Positions 34,361 through 43,358 of a DNA stretch of 43,358 nucleotides are shown one piece after another; the stretch's first letter is position 1; every line of letters starts with the position of its first letter. Made by a program: the position numbers and the translations under genes. Origin of the DNA: a virus (Duplodnaviria; Caudoviricetes); IMG/VR virus record IMGVR_UViG_3300032257_000030, positions 1-43,358 of that record; one strand, given 5' to 3'. The notes under the pieces were generated by a model. It saw nothing but the letters and a program-made list of their open reading frames with translations, was not told where the DNA came from and made no database searches.

Positions 34361-34911
34361 GTAGCGTCGAAGCCATTCGCCAGGGGATCCGGGTCTGGCT
34401 GAAGACCGCGCTCGGCTTGACCGACGATCAGATCATAATCGCCGATGATAAGGGCACGCGCCCGCCGCTGCCTTACCTGACCGTGAAGGTCACGTCGCCA
34501 GGGCTTCAGGTCGGCACACATGAGATCCTGAACGGTATCGACGGCGGCTCGGGCGCGCCGACGGTCTCGGCGCGCCATGAGAAGCGGGCGACGGTCTCGC
34601 TTCAGGCATTCGGCGAGGGCGCCTTCGCCTGGCTCGAAGACGCACTCGACGGGCTACCCCTTCCGACGGCGCTCGACACGCTCGACGCCGCGGGTTTGAG
34701 CGTCCAGCCGATCAGCGATATTCGCGACGTCGCTCGGTTTCTCGACACGGATACCGAGCCTCGATACGCGGTCGATCTCGCGGTAGACTATCGCGTCGAG
34801 ACCGATCCTGTTAGCCTTGTCGAAGCCGTTCTCGTCGGCGTCGACTTCGATCTCGATCATGGCGTCGGCGACCCTGACGCCCTGAACATTGCCGAAGACA
34901 TAGCCATATAG
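34357..34911 (+). CDS. neck/tail terminator protein
   Basis: Start ATG 34357 via ATGA overlap; RPPLPY motif; precedes the sheath. Confidence 0.8.
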   Translation: MSSVEAIRQGIRVWLKTALGLTDDQIIIADDKGTRPPLPYLTVKVTSPGLQVGTHEILNGIDGGSGAPTVSARHEKRATVSLQAFGEGAFAWLEDALDGLPLPTALDTLDAAGLSVQPISDIRDVARFLDTDTEPRYAVDLAVDYRVETDPVSLVEAVLVGVDFDLDHGVGDPDALNIAEDIAI

Positions 34912-34921
34912 AGAGGTCTGA

Positions 34922-35968
34922 ATGCTTTCTCACGAAAGGAATATCTCGGTCGTAATCACGCTCGCGAGCGCGCCCGCGACGGTGAAGGGCTTCGGGAACG
35001 TGCTCGGGCTCTTCGACGGGATCTCGCTCGACGGCGACCGCGTTCGCACCTATTCGAGCCTGAGCGCCGTCGAAGCCGACGAGGGCGCGGGCTTTCTGAA
35101 CGCCGCCGCGCTCGCCGCCGCGACCGTCATGTTCAGCCAGATCCCGGCGCCGAAGAAGATCAAGATCGGAAAGGTCGACACGGGCGGCGGCGAGTCGTAT
35201 AGCGACGCGCTCGCCCTCGTCGAAGCGGCCGACGACGACTTTTACGGCGTCTTCATTGACGACCGTACTCTCGTCGTGATCGAGCCCTTCGCGACGACCG
35301 TTCAGGCGAAGCGGTATATCTTCGCCTTCCAAAGCGCTGACGCTGGCTGGCTGACGACGGGCACGCCGAGCGCGATCCTTCAGGGCGACGAGCGAAGCTT
35401 CGGTATCTATCACGATACCGATACTGAATGGGCCGACGCCGCCGCCCTGGCGAACCGTCTCGCCTTCGATCCCGACACGCGCTCGGCGCCCTGGGATTGT
35501 CCGCTGAAGGCGGTCGCGGCATACGCGACGGCGATCAGCGAAACACAACTCGGATTCCTCGAAGCGAACCGAATGAATGTCGGTCTCCCCTACGCGGGCG
35601 AGACCTTCTTCATTGACGCGGGCGTGAACCAGAACAATCGACCTCTTTATGAGATCGTTACTATGGACTGGTTTTTCTTCAGGCTTCGCGAGCGCGTCGC
35701 GAAGGCGAAGGTCGACGCCAGCGCGAAGGGCACGAAGATCCCCGTAACCGCGGTCGGGCAATCGCTGATCCTGGCTATCGCGAACGGGCTGCTCTCGCAG
35801 GGCGTCAAGGCGGATCACTTCGCGCCCGACAACGTCGAAGCCGTCGCCGAAGAGATCACTTCGGCCGATCTCGCCGCTCAGAAGATCCGGATCAGCGGGC
35901 GCGCTCAGATCGCCGTATCGGCTCGCCTCTTCGACTTCACCTTCGACTTCGGCACCGACCCGCTTTAA
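34922..35968 (+). CDS. tail sheath protein (DUF3383 type, compact 348 aa)
   Basis: GFG, RVRTYSS, FSQ.P.P.K, DW...RL, KIP.T..G. Confidence 0.85.
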   Translation: MLSHERNISVVITLASAPATVKGFGNVLGLFDGISLDGDRVRTYSSLSAVEADEGAGFLNAAALAAATVMFSQIPAPKKIKIGKVDTGGGESYSDALALVEAADDDFYGVFIDDRTLVVIEPFATTVQAKRYIFAFQSADAGWLTTGTPSAILQGDERSFGIYHDTDTEWADAAALANRLAFDPDTRSAPWDCPLKAVAAYATAISETQLGFLEANRMNVGLPYAGETFFIDAGVNQNNRPLYEIVTMDWFFFRLRERVAKAKVDASAKGTKIPVTAVGQSLILAIANGLLSQGVKADHFAPDNVEAVAEEITSADLAAQKIRISGRAQIAVSARLFDFTFDFGTDPL

Positions 35969-36019
35969 GCGGTCGCGCCTGGCGCCCTCTAATCGCTAAA
36001 CGTCAGCGAGGTAACGACC

Positions 36020-36460
36020 ATGGGATCCCCCCTTAAGACCTACGATCTCAAGCGCGTAACGTGCTTCGTAAACGTGAATCTGCTCTCGGGCTACGGCGAG
36101 AGCGGCGCTATCTCGGCTGAATGGGTCGAAGATATCGGCGAGATCACGACGGGCGCCGACGGCGAGCAGGTCTTCAGCCGCTCGAATAACCGCGGTATGC
36201 GCGTCTCGATTACGCTTATGGAGACCTCGCGAAGCTATCGCGACCTCTATACCGAGCTTGTCGCTCAGGGGATCTTGAACCAGGTTCCGATCGGGATCTT
36301 CTCGCTGCTCGACTTGATCAACGGGGATTCGATCACGTCTGAATACTTCGTCTTCACGAAGAGGCCGACGGTCGCGAAGGGGAAGAAGGCGGGCGAGCGC
36401 GTCTTCGAGATCTTCCTTCCCGATCCCCTCGTTACCATGGGAACGCTTAACGCTTCCTGA
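36020..36460 (+). CDS. tail tube protein (DUF3277 type)
   Basis: TYD...V, GADGE, ITLMETS.S; follows the sheath. Confidence 0.85.
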   Translation: MGSPLKTYDLKRVTCFVNVNLLSGYGESGAISAEWVEDIGEITTGADGEQVFSRSNNRGMRVSITLMETSRSYRDLYTELVAQGILNQVPIGIFSLLDLINGDSITSEYFVFTKRPTVAKGKKAGERVFEIFLPDPLVTMGTLNAS

Positions 36461-36497
36461 TCCCCTTCCCTTCACCCGACGTCACCCGGGATAAATC

Positions 36498-37061
36498 GTG
36501 CATACCTTCACGCTTACGAGCGCCGACGGCGAGACCGTCAACTATCAGACGGCGCCGCACAACCCGATCGAGGGTCAAGAGATCATGTTTCTCCTGATCG
36601 GTCTCGGTCTCGAACCGATCGCGACCGCGCTCTCGAACCTCCTGAAGCGCGAAGCCCTGCTCGCCGTCTTCGACGGGCTCGGTATGCTCGACGACACGGG
36701 CGGCGGCGCGCCAGACCTGACCGTCGAAGCCCTGCTCGACCGTCCCCTTCCTGATCTGATCGAGGCGATCGGCGCCGTCGCCGAGCCCGTGAAGCTCGGC
36801 GAGGTCGCGTCGTCGATTCGAGGCTCGCTCGCCCGCGTGAACGCTGGCGATCTGATCCGCGATATCCTTCGGTTCACGGTTCGCGAGGGTAAGCAGCTAT
36901 CCGACGACGCCGCCTTCGGTCGGGCGTATTCCCGCAATTACGCCGAAATGCTCGGCGCCGCATGGGAGGTCGTTAGGTACAATCGTTTTTTGCCGCTTCC
37001 CGATACTATGCTCGACGCCAGCGTGAAGACGACGGCGACCCGGGCGATCCCGAGCGGCTGA
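36498..37061 (+). CDS. tail assembly chaperone (gpG analogue)
   Basis: Between tube and tape measure; slippery heptamer near the 3' end. Confidence 0.8.
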   Translation: MHTFTLTSADGETVNYQTAPHNPIEGQEIMFLLIGLGLEPIATALSNLLKREALLAVFDGLGMLDDTGGGAPDLTVEALLDRPLPDLIEAIGAVAEPVKLGEVASSIRGSLARVNAGDLIRDILRFTVREGKQLSDDAAFGRAYSRNYAEMLGAAWEVVRYNRFLPLPDTMLDASVKTTATRAIPSG

Positions 37062-37267
37062 TCATGGCGAGCGCCGCCGCGAACGGCGTTAACTGGTTCG
37101 TCTGGCGGATCGTGTTCTCGCCAGACGTTCCCGATTCGCTCGCCGAGATCAAGACATGGGGCTTTCAAGACCTGCTCGCCGCTCACTTCGCGCTCGACGC
37201 GATAGAAGAGGTTCGAGACCTTCGAGCCGAAGAAGCGGCTCGCCAGCGTAGAACCGGGATCCTCTAA
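36986..37267 (+). CDS. -1 frameshift extension of the chaperone (gpGT analogue)
   Basis: T TTT TTG at 36986-36992; the -1 frame is open (FFAASRYYARRQ...) into the 37064-37267 ORF. Confidence 0.75.
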   Translation, partial: FFAASRYYARRQREDDGDPGDPERLIMASAAANGVNWFVWRIVFSPDVPDSLAEIKTWGFQDLLAAHFALDAIEEVRDLRAEEAARQRRTGIL

Positions 37268-38877
37268 TGGCTTCGACGACGATTCGGGAAATGCTCGTCA
37301 GGCTCGGCGTCAAAGCCGATAGCGCCGCGGTCTCGGATTACGACAAGAAGCTCGGCGGCGTGAAGCGAACGATGAAGGCGGCGGCGGCGGGCGCCGTCGC
37401 TCTCGCCGTCGGGCTCTTCGCCGTCGCGAAGTCGACCGCGAATACTGCTGATCAGGCGGCGAAGGCGAGTCAGCAGATCGGGATCTCGACCGAGCAATAT
37501 CAGGAATTGAAGCACGCCGCCGAGCTATCCGGCGCGTCGATCGGCGAGGTCGAGACCGCCTTCAGACGTCAGGCGGTCGCGTCAGACGAAGCCAGGGCAG
37601 GGACGGCGCTATACCTCGAAGCCTATAAGCGAGTCGGGATCAGCGTCGACGACCTGAACGGCCCGCTAACGGATCAGGTCGCGCTATTCGAGGCGACGGC
37701 CGAAGGCATGGGCGGGCTCGCGACCGAGCAGGAACGGATCGCCGTCGCTAACGCGCTCTTCGGGCGCTCAGGCGCGAAGCTTCTACCTCTGCTGAATCAG
37801 GGCGCCGACGGGATCCGGGAAATGCGCGAAGAAGCGCAGCTACTTGGGTTCGTGATCGGCGATAAGGCGGCGAAGGAATCCGAAGCGTTTAACGACAATT
37901 TGCTCAGGGCGACGCGGATCGTTCAAGGGCTGAAACAAACGCTCGGCGTCGCGCTGATCCCCGGGCTTACGGTCCTTCTCGGGCGCTTTCGTGGCTGGTT
38001 CGTCGCGAACCGGGCGATCATTCAACAACGGTTCGAGAAGGCGGGCGAGAAGATCGCGGCGTCGCTGATCACGGTCGGCGAGCGGGCTGCTCAGGTCGAT
38101 AAGATTGTTCGCGAGCGCTTCGGCGGCTGGGATACCGTATTCAAGCGGATCGGCGCCGCCGTCGCGACGCTCGCCGGGCTGAAGGCGTTCGTCGTGATCG
38201 TGCAATTCGCCAGCGCGATAAAGGCGGCTCTTCTCGCTATCGGCTCGGTCGGCGCCGTCGCCCTCCTGAAAGTCGTCGCTATCGCCGCTCTCGTCGCCGC
38301 TGCTATCGCCGCGGTCTATCTGGTAGTCGACGACCTGCTGACCTATTTTCGAGGCGGCGAGAGCGCTATCGGGTCGTTCTTCGAGAAATTCGGCGAGGGC
38401 ACGACGGCGCTCGACGCGCTCGCCCGCGCCATGAAGGGCGCGATCAGGTTCGGTCAAGCGCTCTTCGACGTGCTCGGGAACCTCGCCGACAAGGGCTTCG
38501 ACGCGCTCGCCGACAAGCTTCAGCCCGCCGTCGACGTCTTCGCCGACCTGCTCGATATGCTGAAAGACGCCGCCGAGATCGTCGCGTCTGGCTTCCTGAG
38601 CGACGTCGGGCGCACCTTCAATATTCTGGCGGGCGGGCTCGAAGATAGCGCCTTCGCGACCGCGAACGGCGGCGGCTCGGGCGCCTTCGCGCCGAGCCAG
38701 GCTTCGACGGCGAGCGGCGCCGCCGCGAGCCAGTCGAGCACGGTGAATCAGTCGGGCGCGACCTACAATATCAGCGGGATCGGCATGAGCACGGGCGACG
38801 TCGATACGCTGGTTCAGCGAGAGCGCGGCCGCGAGCTTCGCTCGGCTATGGCGATCGTCGGCTCGGGCGAGAGGTAG
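37267..38877 (+). CDS. tape measure protein (536 aa)
   Basis: Ala-rich helical; LFGRSG..LLPLLNQG; hydrophobic stretch; VDDL..YF.GGES.IG. Confidence 0.9.
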   Translation: MASTTIREMLVRLGVKADSAAVSDYDKKLGGVKRTMKAAAAGAVALAVGLFAVAKSTANTADQAAKASQQIGISTEQYQELKHAAELSGASIGEVETAFRRQAVASDEARAGTALYLEAYKRVGISVDDLNGPLTDQVALFEATAEGMGGLATEQERIAVANALFGRSGAKLLPLLNQGADGIREMREEAQLLGFVIGDKAAKESEAFNDNLLRATRIVQGLKQTLGVALIPGLTVLLGRFRGWFVANRAIIQQRFEKAGEKIAASLITVGERAAQVDKIVRERFGGWDTVFKRIGAAVATLAGLKAFVVIVQFASAIKAALLAIGSVGAVALLKVVAIAALVAAAIAAVYLVVDDLLTYFRGGESAIGSFFEKFGEGTTALDALARAMKGAIRFGQALFDVLGNLADKGFDALADKLQPAVDVFADLLDMLKDAAEIVASGFLSDVGRTFNILAGGLEDSAFATANGGGSGAFAPSQASTASGAAASQSSTVNQSGATYNISGIGMSTGDVDTLVQRERGRELRSAMAIVGSGER

Positions 38878-38881
38878 CGGT

Positions 38882-39448
38882 ATGGGCTTCGCGATCGAGA
38901 GAGACGACGGCGTATTTTTGACGCTCGACGCGACGACCGCTCAGGTCTTCGTATCGGCGTCGATCGTGACCGAGCATCCAGTCGAAGAGGGCGTCGCAGT
39001 TACCGATCACGTTCAGCCGCAAGCGCGGCGGGTTTCGGTCTCGGGCGTCGTTACCGAGACGCCGTATACGCTTCAGGATTCGGATTACAAAATGATCCTC
39101 TTTCTGAGCGACGGCGCCGACCGTACCGAAGCGGCCCGGGACTTCATGCGCTCGATCGAAGGCGCCCTCGTCACGGTGATATCAGACCGGGTCGGCACGA
39201 TCGAGAATTGCGCCGTCGAGCGGTGGGTCGACTCGGTCGACCGCTACAAGCGGCTGAACCTCGATATCGACCTTCGCGAGATCCGGATCGCCGAATCCGA
39301 GACCGTCTTTATCCCGCCAGACGCGCCAGCTAACGAGGGAATGAGCAGCGAGCAGGATACCGGCGAGCAGGCGACTCAGTCGGCGTCAGCGACCGCGGCC
39401 GCGGCTGATCAGTCGGTTCTATCAGGGCTGCTCTCGGCTCTCTTCTAA
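38882..39448 (+). CDS. baseplate/tube initiator (Dit-like)
   Basis: TEHPVEEG..VTDHV motif following the tape measure gene. Confidence 0.8.
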   Translation: MGFAIERDDGVFLTLDATTAQVFVSASIVTEHPVEEGVAVTDHVQPQARRVSVSGVVTETPYTLQDSDYKMILFLSDGADRTEAARDFMRSIEGALVTVISDRVGTIENCAVERWVDSVDRYKRLNLDIDLREIRIAESETVFIPPDAPANEGMSSEQDTGEQATQSASATAAAADQSVLSGLLSALF

Positions 39449-39457
39449 GGGGTATCA

Positions 39458-39817
39458 ATGGGCGCCGAGCTTCACACCTTCCCGTCGATTCCGAGCTTTC
39501 GTCAAACGGTCGCGCTCGGCGAGCGAACCTTCGTCGTTCGGCTGACCTGGCGCGCCCGCCTCGAAGGCTGGTATCTCGACCTCTCGAAGCCCGACGGGTC
39601 GCCGATAGCAGTCGGGCGCCGGGTCTCGCCGCAATGGGGCCCGCTGATCGGGCTGCTTCCTGGCGACGCGCCCGACGGCGTGCTTTATGTCCGCGGGCCT
39701 TCGGGCGGCTATACCCGCGACATGCTCGGCGCCGAAGTCGTGCTCGCCTACTACGCCGCCGACGAGATCCCGTCGGCGCCCGCGGTCGACGTCGGCGTTA
39801 CCGTCGTGCTTCAATGA
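39458..39817 (+). CDS. small baseplate component
   Basis: LTWRAR..GWYLD; synteny. Confidence 0.7.
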   Translation: MGAELHTFPSIPSFRQTVALGERTFVVRLTWRARLEGWYLDLSKPDGSPIAVGRRVSPQWGPLIGLLPGDAPDGVLYVRGPSGGYTRDMLGAEVVLAYYAADEIPSAPAVDVGVTVVLQ

Positions 39818-39846
39818 CAGGGCGCACGCCCGGCGAGGTCTGATCA

Positions 39847-40662
39847 GTGTCGTTATTCGGTCGCGAAGTCCTGCTCGAAGTCGGCGCGCCAGGTTCGGCG
39901 GGTAAGCGCTTCGCCGGGCTTCGCGTCGGCTTCAGGGTCGAAATGTCGCTTTCGGGCGTTCCCAATAAGGCGCGAATCGAGGTCTACAACGTCAACCCTG
40001 ACACGGTCGCGACCGCTCAGGATCCCGACGCCGAGATCCGTCTTTCGGTCGGCTATAACGGCGTTCCTCTCCTGATCTTCAAGGGCAATCCGACGCCCGG
40101 CGGCGTGCTCGTCGAGCGCCGGGCGCCTGACCGGATCATGACGATCGAGAGTCAAGACGGCGGCGCAGCTCTTCGGCGGGCTCGGATCTCGGAATCCTTC
40201 GACGGCGAAGTGACCGCTCGCGAAGTCTTCGACCGACTCGCTTCAGCGTTAGGGATTCCCGAAGGCGTCGTCGACTTCAGCGGCGATCACCGCTTCTCAC
40301 GGGGCTTGGTACTCCGCGGCGACGTCCGGTCGATTCTCGACCGACTGACGAGGGCGGCGGGCGCTGAATGGTATGTCCGCGACGGCGCGCTCGTCGTGCT
40401 ACCCGACGGCGGCGACACGGGCGAGACCGCGGTTCGCTTCAGCGCGTCGTCGGGCTCGCTCGTCGGCTCGCCCTCGCCGAAAGACGACGGGATCGAGATC
40501 GTCGGGCTTATCTCGCCGACTATGCGACCCGGAAAGCTCTTCGAGGTCGAGAGCGCCAGCGTTAACGGGGTCTTCGTCGCTCGCGAGGTCGTCTTCGAGG
40601 GCGACTCTGGATACGCTAATCCCTTCTACGTCCGTATCACCGGGCGGGCGAAGGGCGCGTAA
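39847..40662 (+). CDS. baseplate hub protein
   Basis: PN.A.IEVYN, LSVGY, IFKG, DGG, LVGSP. Confidence 0.8.
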   Translation: MSLFGREVLLEVGAPGSAGKRFAGLRVGFRVEMSLSGVPNKARIEVYNVNPDTVATAQDPDAEIRLSVGYNGVPLLIFKGNPTPGGVLVERRAPDRIMTIESQDGGAALRRARISESFDGEVTAREVFDRLASALGIPEGVVDFSGDHRFSRGLVLRGDVRSILDRLTRAAGAEWYVRDGALVVLPDGGDTGETAVRFSASSGSLVGSPSPKDDGIEIVGLISPTMRPGKLFEVESASVNGVFVAREVVFEGDSGYANPFYVRITGRAKGA

Positions 40663-41361
40663 ATGCCGGGCGACAACCATAAACCGAGCCTGCTCGACGT
40701 CGTGCTCGAAGCGATCCGCTTCGAGCTTGCGAAAGTGCATACGTCGATCCCCGGGCACGTCGTCGCGTATGACGCCGCCGAGCAGCGGGCGACCATTCAG
40801 CCCGCGATCCGCGGCTGCTATATCGATCCGGATACCCGCGCCCTGATCCGCGAAGACTTGCCACAAATACCCGACGTGCCCGTCGCCTTCCCTGGCGCCG
40901 ACGGCTTCTCGATTACCTTCGACGTCGCAGTCGGCGACCCGGTTCTCGTCGTCTTCATGGAACGCTCGACCGAAGAATTCAGGGCGACCGGCGAGTCGGG
41001 TATCGAGCCCGGCGACCTTCGCCGCTTCGACATGAGCGACGCGGTCGCCTTCCCGACGAGCCTCAACTTCGCCGAGCCGATCCCGGCTGAAGGGATCGCC
41101 GCGGGCGCGACCGTCGTTCGCGGCGTCGAAGTCAGGCTCGGCGACGCGACCGCTACGCAATACGTCGCCCTGGCGCCGCTCGTCGAAGCGCAGTTTTCGA
41201 TCCTGAAGTCGGCGCTCGACGCCGCCGCCGCCGCCGCCGTCGCCGCCGCGGTTCCGAGCGACGGCGGCGTCGTCGCCTTCTCGACCTTTAAAAGCACGCT
41301 CGCGGCGTCTCTCGCGGCGTTCCCTGGCTCGACGGCGGCGTCGAAGGTGAAGGCATTATGA
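40663..41361 (+). CDS. baseplate central spike (Gp138/gpV-like N-terminus)
   Basis: HTSIPG.VVAYD, DVPV.FP, GD.VLVVF.ERS, RRFDMSDA. Confidence 0.85.
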   Translation: MPGDNHKPSLLDVVLEAIRFELAKVHTSIPGHVVAYDAAEQRATIQPAIRGCYIDPDTRALIREDLPQIPDVPVAFPGADGFSITFDVAVGDPVLVVFMERSTEEFRATGESGIEPGDLRRFDMSDAVAFPTSLNFAEPIPAEGIAAGATVVRGVEVRLGDATATQYVALAPLVEAQFSILKSALDAAAAAAVAAAVPSDGGVVAFSTFKSTLAASLAAFPGSTAASKVKAL

Positions 41362-41783
41362 GCAGCGCGATCGACGTCCTACTCGCCGACGGCGACCTTC
41401 CCGACTTCACCCGGATCGGCGGCGGCGTCGAAGTCGTCGCGCAACGGATCCGCTTCAGGCTCGCGACGCACTTCGGCGAATGGCGGCTCGATAACCGGGT
41501 CGGTATGCCGTTTCTGACATGGTCGCAGATCAAGCCGCCGCCGCTCGACTCGATCGCGGCGAAGACCCGCCGCGAGATCGAAGCCGTGCCGGGCGTCGTC
41601 AGGGTCGACGCCCTGAGCGCCGAGCACGACACGACGTCGCGTCGCGTGACCGTCTCGGGTACGGTGCTAACCGAGGAAGGCGTCGTCACGCTGAAGATAA
41701 CGCCGCTCGGGTCGCCCGAGAGCGGGAACCGGAATCCGGCGATCCTGTTATGGAATGCCGCGGGCTCACTGATAGGAGGATAG
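41358..41783 (+). CDS. baseplate wedge/sheath initiator (gp25-like)
   Basis: VAQRI..RL....GEW.LD...G.P; VPGV..V. Confidence 0.8.
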   Translation: MSSAIDVLLADGDLPDFTRIGGGVEVVAQRIRFRLATHFGEWRLDNRVGMPFLTWSQIKPPPLDSIAAKTRREIEAVPGVVRVDALSAEHDTTSRRVTVSGTVLTEEGVVTLKITPLGSPESGNRNPAILLWNAAGSLIGG

Positions 41784-41787
41784 CGAT

Positions 41788-42963
41788 ATGCCGCTGACCG
41801 ACGCTGGATACGAAGCGCTTCGAGCGGCTGACCTTCTGTCGCTGATCCGCGACGAATTCGAGAGCCTGACCGGCTATACGCCCGACTGGGATCGCGATAC
41901 CTTTCTCGGGCAATTCACCGCGATAATGGCTGAAATGCTCGGCGACCTGAGCGAAGCGTCACAAGCGATTTACGACGCCTTCGACGTCGGGAACGCGACG
42001 GGAATTCAGCTCGATAACCTGGCGCTGATCGTCGGCGTGCCCCGAAAGCAGGCGGGCTTTAGCCAGGCGACGGTCACGTTCAGCGGCGACGAGGGCACGA
42101 TCATACCTGAAGGCTCAGTCGTCGAAGGCGGCGGCGAGCACGACGTCGCCCGTTGGGAGACTACCGAGCAGGGCACCATACCCGCGGGCGGCTCGGTCGA
42201 CGTCGTCGTAAGGGCGACCGAGACCGGCGAGATCGTCGCGGCTATCGGCGAGATCGATAAGAAGATCACGATCCTTAGCGGGCTCGACTCGGTCACAAAT
42301 GCCGCCGCCGCCGACCCTGGCGAAGACCGAGAGACCGACGAGGCTCTTCGCGCCAGGCGACAGGCTTCTTTGCAGATCTCGGGCGCTGGCTCGATCGCGG
42401 CGATTCGGGCGAACCTACTCGCTCTCGACTTCGTTCAGGCGGCGATCGTCGTCGACAACGACCGCGGCTCGATCGAGACCGTTCAGGGGATCGTTATGCA
42501 GCCGCATAGCGTAGCCGTGATCGTCCATCCCGATAGCCTCTCGACCGAGCAGAAAGAGACGGTCGCCGAGCTCATTTACGATCGACTGGCGATCGGCGTC
42601 TATACCAATGGAACCGACGTAGTCGCGACTATCATCGGCGGCGACACGGGCGAGAAGGTCGTTCGCTATGACTTCGCCGACGAGGTCTCGGTCGACGTCG
42701 ACGTCGTCGTCGTGCTCGAAACGGGCTTCGCCCTGCTCGACGTCGCGCCAGACATAAACGCGCTCGTCGCTGATTACTTCCTAGCGCTCTCGGTCGGCGG
42801 GTCTGTTTACGACCTCGGCGTCGCGTGTCTCGCCGCGACCGTCGACGGCGTGCTTCAGGCGACGGTAACCTTCGATATCTCGGGCGGGCCTTCGGGCGTG
42901 TCCAGCTACACGCCGTCGATTAACGAGCTTCTGATCAGCGGCACGACGACGGTAAGCGAATGA
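41788..42963 (+). CDS. baseplate J/gp47-like wedge protein
   Basis: ATGIQLD...G..R, G.DRETDEALRAR, HS...IV. Confidence 0.9.
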   Translation: MPLTDAGYEALRAADLLSLIRDEFESLTGYTPDWDRDTFLGQFTAIMAEMLGDLSEASQAIYDAFDVGNATGIQLDNLALIVGVPRKQAGFSQATVTFSGDEGTIIPEGSVVEGGGEHDVARWETTEQGTIPAGGSVDVVVRATETGEIVAAIGEIDKKITILSGLDSVTNAAAADPGEDRETDEALRARRQASLQISGAGSIAAIRANLLALDFVQAAIVVDNDRGSIETVQGIVMQPHSVAVIVHPDSLSTEQKETVAELIYDRLAIGVYTNGTDVVATIIGGDTGEKVVRYDFADEVSVDVDVVVVLETGFALLDVAPDINALVADYFLALSVGGSVYDLGVACLAATVDGVLQATVTFDISGGPSGVSSYTPSINELLISGTTTVSE

Positions 42964-43358
42964 GCGGCGGCGAGCCGACGACGAGCTATACGCAGGCGAC
43001 TACCGCGCTCGTCTATCGGCCCGACTGGCGCGCCAGGGCGGCGGCTCTACTGCTCGCCGTCAATCGAGACAAGCCGCGGATCGTCGCGCTGGTTCAGGCG
43101 CTCGCCGAAGGTGTTCAAGCGGTCGAAGACGACGCTTTCTCGCTCGTTTTCTCTCGAACGCTGGCGCTCTCGGGCGGCGATCAGCTTGATCAATGGGGCG
43201 CCCTCGTCGGCGAGCAGCGCGGCGGGCTCTCGGATCCCGACTATCGCCGCTTCATTGAAGCCCGCCTTCTTATGAACCGAAGCGTCGGCGACACGGATAC
43301 AGTGATCAAGATCTTCGAGTTGATCACGGCGCCGAGCGTCGTTCGGCACCATAACCAG
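42960..43358 (+). CDS. N-terminal part of baseplate wedge protein (DUF2612-like), truncated by the window end
   Basis: ATGA overlap; open frame MSGGEPTT...GDQLDQWGALVGEQRGGLSDPDYRRFIEAR...HHNQ to the last base. Confidence 0.8.
   Translation, partial: MSGGEPTTSYTQATTALVYRPDWRARAAALLLAVNRDKPRIVALVQALAEGVQAVEDDAFSLVFSRTLALSGGDQLDQWGALVGEQRGGLSDPDYRRFIEARLLMNRSVGDTDTVIKIFELITAPSVVRHHNQ

Noticed and set aside
1-43358. tRNA/rRNA genes, alternative genetic code, or a haloarchaeal host suggested by acidic GAC/GTC-rich genes
   Set aside because: No cloverleaf or rRNA was noticed. Genes tile well with all three standard stops. The peptidoglycan-binding M23 endolysin and sigma70-like promoters indicate a bacterial host, which cannot be named from sequence alone.

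Overview
The window is an essentially complete, circularly permuted ~43.4 kb genome of a GC-rich contractile-tailed phage (myovirus-type Caudoviricetes). The contig breaks inside a baseplate gene whose two halves sit at the two ends. Rightward late module: TerS, TerL, DUF1073-type portal, Mu-F/gp7 head protein, DUF2213-type protease/scaffold, decoration protein, DUF2184-type capsid, neck, sheath, tube, frameshifted chaperones, tape measure, baseplate, fibres and a PG-binding/M23 endolysin. Leftward early/middle genes include an N6-adenine MTase, DUF1643, a RuvC-like resolvase, a minimal PolX, a WYL protein, an ssDNA-annealing protein and an HTH protein. A rightward lambda-like replication cassette carries Cro-like HTH, an iteron-containing initiator and a DnaC-like ATPase. 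No integrase, tRNA or CRISPR array was seen. Best leads: (1) the portal carries a C-terminal 2H phosphoesterase (Acb1-like) bracketed by the R-x-D motif that recurs through the head proteins, suggesting a protease-released, virion-delivered anti-defence enzyme; (2) two distant early operons share a promoter motif and a 45-bp hairpin spacer between unrelated genes; (3) a mirror-symmetric WYL/Cro divergent switch with no CI or integrase; (4) an initiator with an RNAP alpha-CTD-like domain; (5) an MTase with a DnaJ-type zinc finger inserted after NPPY. All family calls come from reading motifs and synteny by eye; no database search was run.
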